Shown: positions 60,334 to 64,000 of the stretch, one piece after another
Layout: every line of letters begins with the position of its first letter
Position numbering within the stretch: the first letter of the stretch is position 1
From: an uncultured Candidatus Saccharibacteria bacterium
GTDB lineage: Bacteria > Patescibacteriota > Minisyncoccia > 2-02-FULL-40-12 > GWA2-44-9
Assembly (NCBI GenBank): GCA_964513645.1
Contig: CAZENF010000001.1
Coordinates: forward strand, 71,303 to 135,302
Direction of reading: 5' to 3'
Length of the DNA: 64,000 nt
The notes under the pieces: generated by a model
Told to the model about the DNA's origin: nothing
What the model saw: the letters and a program-made list of their open reading frames with translations, nothing else
The model's database searches: none
Position numbers and translations under genes: made by a program

Positions 60334-61248
60334 TTACAAAAATTTTCTTGCGACCAAGTAAGATAAATACCACACCCACGATATCGGCATATCAAATGAA
60401 CCGGGATATTCTTTTAAATCCCCTCCCCAGCCGAACTTGAACCGAGTTACGCCCGGCCATCGCTTAGCATCAACTCCCCAAAAATCATAATGTCTAATTC
60501 CATGCTTCCTCAGCCATTTAATTATTTCCCAATGCAGAGCATAGGGCGCCATCATTGCCCGATATTCATAATCTGAAGCACCGTGAAGATAATATCCGGT
60601 ATCTTGGTATATCAGTACTATCGCGCCGGCGACCGGCTTGCCGTCATGTTCGGCCAAAATAATATCGGTTTTTATTTCTCCCTTTTCTTTCAAAAAATTC
60701 AATAACTTTTCATAATAATTTTTTGAATGAGAGGAGAATTTATCACGCTCGGTGGTTTTCTGAAGTAATTTCCAAAATTCATCCACATTTCCACCTGATC
60801 TTGTTTTTATCCCGTGTTTTTCGGCAACTTTAATATTGTAACGTGTCTTTGAATGCATCTTGACCAATAATTCATCTTCCGAACGGTCGAGACCGAGAAC
60901 AACGGTCAGGTAGGGCTGGATCTGTTTTGACGAACGCTTAAAACCCCGCCGATAGATGAGCTCCGTCACCATATCAGACAAAGGTTCTATTTTTGCAAAT
61001 ATCGCACCTTCCTCGTAACTCAAATCTTTTAAATATTTCAAAAATATCCCAAGTTCATTCTTAACTCCGCCCTTAATATGTTCGAAATCTATTTCCGGGC
61101 CATGCGGAATATAAAGCATGCTTTTACCGAGCGGCAGTCCGAGCTTTATGATATTGGCCACAATCTTACCGTCGTCAAAGCGCCAGGTCTTGTGCCCGGC
61201 TTCTTTTTGAAAATCGAGCCATTCTTTTGTCTGTAAAAACGACTTCAT
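60334..61248 (-). CDS. FemAB/FemX family peptidoglycan aminoacyltransferase
   Basis: FLQ..EW, Y.P.GP, KTRYNI..A.K, Y..GAS, YDFWG, GVTRFK.G.GG. Confidence 0.92.
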   Translation of the reverse strand: MKSFLQTKEWLDFQKEAGHKTWRFDDGKIVANIIKLGLPLGKSMLYIPHGPEIDFEHIKGGVKNELGIFLKYLKDLSYEEGAIFAKIEPLSDMVTELIYRRGFKRSSKQIQPYLTVVLGLDRSEDELLVKMHSKTRYNIKVAEKHGIKTRSGGNVDEFWKLLQKTTERDKFSSHSKNYYEKLLNFLKEKGEIKTDIILAEHDGKPVAGAIVLIYQDTGYYLHGASDYEYRAMMAPYALHWEIIKWLRKHGIRHYDFWGVDAKRWPGVTRFKFGWGGDLKEYPGSFDMPISWVWYLSYLVARKFL

Positions 61249-61574
61249 TTTTTATCACTACCGACTACCCGGCTTATCGCAACAAAACCATATCCCCAAA
61301 GTATCGGCAGCCAAATCGGCATTATTCCAAGCAAGCTATAGCGGTTAAAAACTTCGACATTGGACAAGATAAAAATAAATTCAAAAAACATCATCAGAAC
61401 CATTCCGCCGAAAAATATTCCCCATTCTCCAGGATATTTTTTAAATTTAAAAATAGAAAAAATTATAAGGATATATACCGTCGCAAGCCAGTAATCATTC
61501 TGTATCACCGGCACCAATGCCACCATAAAAATTATGGGGATGGCATTCAAAATTATTTTATATAATTTGGACAT
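61245..61574 (-). CDS. Small multi-TM membrane protein
   Basis: About 4 TM, P.WLP.LWG. Confidence 0.7.
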   Translation of the reverse strand: MSKLYKIILNAIPIIFMVALVPVIQNDYWLATVYILIIFSIFKFKKYPGEWGIFFGGMVLMMFFEFIFILSNVEVFNRYSLLGIMPIWLPILWGYGFVAISRVVGSDKK

Positions 61575-61599
61575 CCGATAAATATGGCTGTGTGTAATT

Positions 61600-62073
61600 T
61601 TATTTATATTCACCGATAATCACTTTGGGTTTAATCCCTGATGCTCTGCATATCATGAGCCGAGTATTTCCGCTTACCAGATGCAAAATTCCGTCTTTTT
61701 TAATAATAGTTGGAATTTCTATCCCATGGCCGTTCTCAAATACCCTCAAAAGTTTTTTAAAATCACGTTTATTTTCAGAAGCTAATTCGCTGTTTGATTC
61801 ATCTATCGCCTGTCTGGCATCTTCGAAATGTCCAGGTCTCACGTTGTGATATGAATCCGTATTCTCGAGTGATGCCCAAAGTTCTTCTGTTAATTCAGTG
61901 GTCTCGGATTTATTTATAATATCGATGACGTGATCCACATTTTCTTTTGAAGGTTCTAAACCAAGAAAACCGATAACCACTCTTTCTATTTCACCTCTTT
62001 CAGATTCCATATCTGGCCGAACCCAGTTAACTTCAGCTATTTGTTCAATTATATCAGTCTCTATTTTTTCCAT
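61600..62073 (-). CDS. Hypothetical protein with ParB/Srx-like C-terminal motif
   Basis: P.I......LVSGNTRL...G. Confidence 0.6.
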   Translation of the reverse strand: MEKIETDIIEQIAEVNWVRPDMESERGEIERVVIGFLGLEPSKENVDHVIDIINKSETTELTEELWASLENTDSYHNVRPGHFEDARQAIDESNSELASENKRDFKKLLRVFENGHGIEIPTIIKKDGILHLVSGNTRLMICRASGIKPKVIIGEYK

Positions 62074-62086
62074 AAAAATAAAATGT

Positions 62087-62336
62087 GAGATAGTTGGTTA
62101 TATTTATTTTAAAACCAGCGAAGCTCTTTTATTTCGTAGACCGTCTTTTTTCGAGCGGCTAAATGCTTAAATTAATTAAAAATTAAGTTATTCAACAAAT
62201 TTGAGGGGAGGTCTTCCGACGAGGCTCAAATTTGTTAGCTTAATTGAGATTAATTTAAACATTTAGCCATGAAGATAAAAAGTAGGTCGAAAAATGAAAG
62301 GGCAAAGCAATTAAAATAAATATCCCAAACTATCTC
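62087..62336. repeat. ~250-bp imperfect palindrome downstream of ruvA
   Basis: GAGATAGTT/AACTATCTC, ATATTTATTTTAA/TTAAAATAAATAT, GGCTAAATG/CATTTAGCC, AACAAATTTGAG/CTCAAATTTGTT. Confidence 0.85.
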
Positions 62337-62923
62337 TTCCCCAATATCTTTAACGCCTCCCTTACCCTTTCCTCCAAAGTTTTACCTTTTGATTCTTTCA
62401 AAGCCTCCTTGGCCTGATATTGAGTATAGCCAAGAGCCAGAAGTGCTTCGACGGCCTGACCCTCCTGACCCAAATCAACGCCTTTCATGTCGCCGATATC
62501 AAGAAAATCTATCTTATTCTTAAGCTCAAGCACCAAACGCTGGACGGTTTTGGGACCAAGTCCGGAAACTTTTTTTAAGTAATCTGCGTCTTCGTTCACG
62601 ACTGCAGCTTTTAAATGTTTGGGTTCAACGACTGACAGAATATTCATCGCACCTTTTGGACCAATGCCGGAGACCGAGGTCAACAAATGGAATAGGTCCA
62701 AATCCTCTGATTTATCGAATCCGTACATATCAAAAGTCCCTTCACGCATATTGAGTTGCGAATGAGTAAACAGCTTAACTTTGCCATTGACATCCTCCCT
62801 GGTTTTTGATAGAATATTCACTAACTTGGGAGAGACTATTACCCTGTACCCTATACCACCGGCACTCAAAACGACCTGTTTTTCACCCAAATGTTCAATT
62901 TTACCTTCGAGAAAACTGATCAT
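62330..62923 (-). CDS. ruvA: Holliday junction branch migration protein RuvA
   Basis: MI..L.G, GIGY, RE....YGF, VSGIGPK.A, G.G.KT..R..LELK, AL..LGY. Confidence 0.97.
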   Translation of the reverse strand: MISFLEGKIEHLGEKQVVLSAGGIGYRVIVSPKLVNILSKTREDVNGKVKLFTHSQLNMREGTFDMYGFDKSEDLDLFHLLTSVSGIGPKGAMNILSVVEPKHLKAAVVNEDADYLKKVSGLGPKTVQRLVLELKNKIDFLDIGDMKGVDLGQEGQAVEALLALGYTQYQAKEALKESKGKTLEERVREALKILGKR

Positions 62924-62940
62924 ATATATAAGACTAACAA

Positions 62941-63009
62941 ATGTTTAAACTAAGTTCAAAATTCCCCGCCTACGCTAAAGCTTCGGCAGGCAGCAGGCAT
63001 CCTAAATAA
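62941..63009 (+). pseudogene. Relic duplicate of uvrB N-terminus carrying a palindromic insert
   Basis: MFKLSSKF-PAYAKASAG-SRHPK* directly before uvrB MFKLTSKY. Confidence 0.55.
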
Positions 63010-63011
63010 AA

Positions 63012-64000
63012 ATGTTCAAATTAACTTCAAAATACAAAGCTACCGGCGACCAGCCGGATGCAATCGCCAAACTGACCAAAGGATTAAAGGCCGGTAAAAA
63101 AGACCAGGTGCTTTTAGGTGTGACCGGCTCGGGCAAAACTTTCACCATGGCCCAGGTCATAGCCAATCACGGCAAACCAACCCTAATTATTTCTCATAAC
63201 AAAACTCTGGCCGCTCAGCTTTATAAAGAATTCAAAGAATTTTTCCCGAAGAATGCCGTTCATTATTTCGTCTCATATTACGACTACTACCAACCCGAGG
63301 CATATATCCCGCATACCGACACTTATATTGAAAAGGATTCAAAGATAAATGAAGAACTTGACCGCTTGCGTCATGCTACAACTCAGGCTCTCATGAGCCG
63401 TGATGATGTAATTATAATCGCCTCAGTCTCCTGTATCTATAACCTCGGCTCGCCGGAAGAATACAAGAATATGGGTCTTAATATTTTTGAAGGCCAAAAG
63501 ATAAAAGCCGATGAGTTCATCCGCGGACTTATCCGTTTACAATATGCTCAAGATATCGAATTAAAACGGGGCTGTTTCCGCAAAACCCGGAACGAAGTAG
63601 AACTAATGGGCCCGGATGGACAGAATATTTTCAAGGTTACTTTCGGTTCAAATAAATTACTTGGCGGCCAGGATAAGATAATAAAAATAATGCACGCCGG
63701 CATCACGGATCCGGAAGTGCTTGAAACGAACGAACCGGTTTTTGATAAAATAATTGAAACCACTATCCTGCCGGCTAAATACTGGCTAACCTCGGACAAC
63801 AAACTCGGCGTTGCTATCGAGAACATTAAAGGCGAGCTCCAGCAACATATGAAAGTTCTAAAGAAACAAAAGAAAGCCCAGGAAGCAGGCCGTTTATATG
63901 AAAAAACAATGCATGATATAGATATGATGAAACGGACTGGCTACTGTCACGGGATTGAGAACTATTCACGCCATATTGATTTTAGAAAACCTGGCGAACC
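63012..64000 (+). CDS. uvrB: Excinuclease ABC subunit B (partial, runs off window)
   Basis: Own translation: GDQP.AI, LLGVTGSGKTFTMA, HNKTLAAQLY, FVSYYDYYQPEAY, GYC.GIENYSRH. Confidence 0.96.
   Translation, partial: MFKLTSKYKATGDQPDAIAKLTKGLKAGKKDQVLLGVTGSGKTFTMAQVIANHGKPTLIISHNKTLAAQLYKEFKEFFPKNAVHYFVSYYDYYQPEAYIPHTDTYIEKDSKINEELDRLRHATTQALMSRDDVIIIASVSCIYNLGSPEEYKNMGLNIFEGQKIKADEFIRGLIRLQYAQDIELKRGCFRKTRNEVELMGPDGQNIFKVTFGSNKLLGGQDKIIKIMHAGITDPEVLETNEPVFDKIIETTILPAKYWLTSDNKLGVAIENIKGELQQHMKVLKKQKKAQEAGRLYEKTMHDIDMMKRTGYCHGIENYSRHIDFRKPGE

Noticed and set aside
59896-60361. ORF-track ORFs of 127 aa (-) and 71 aa (+) in the GC-rich region
   Set aside because: No recognisable motif, weak starts, atypical composition; dense base-pairing explains the region better

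Overview
This is a low-GC, gene-dense bacterial chromosome segment, almost entirely minus-strand. Gene content suggests a CPR/Patescibacteria (Parcubacteria-like) genome; this is inferred from the reduced RpoA and ATP-synthase subunits and from LCP, PEGA, GerMN/Gmad2, presenilin-like and FemAB genes. It holds a surface-glycan cluster, mreB-murA, the infA-rpmJ-rpsM-rpsK-rpsD-rpoA-rplQ-rplM-rpsI block, dus, holB, murG, mgtA, rsmE, a full F1Fo operon, polX, lon, murE, ruvA and the start of uvrB. The most unusual signals are non-coding. (1) An independently transcribed, ~630-nt, GC-rich, heavily structured RNA candidate lies at ~59700-60333, with a near-consensus promoter and a terminator; I cannot assign it to any RNA family I know. 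(2) A ~145-nt structured element occurs twice (38696 and 48279) with a shared core but different, locus-specific closing helices, one of which masks a start codon. (3) Several other 110-250 nt palindromic elements sit between essential genes, often with outer helices overlapping neighbouring start or stop codons. (4) Orphan single-gene cassettes share a promoter + boxA-like motif + SD architecture. (5) A lone nucleotidyltransferase sits behind a long structured leader. All structures were read by eye; no folding or database search was run.
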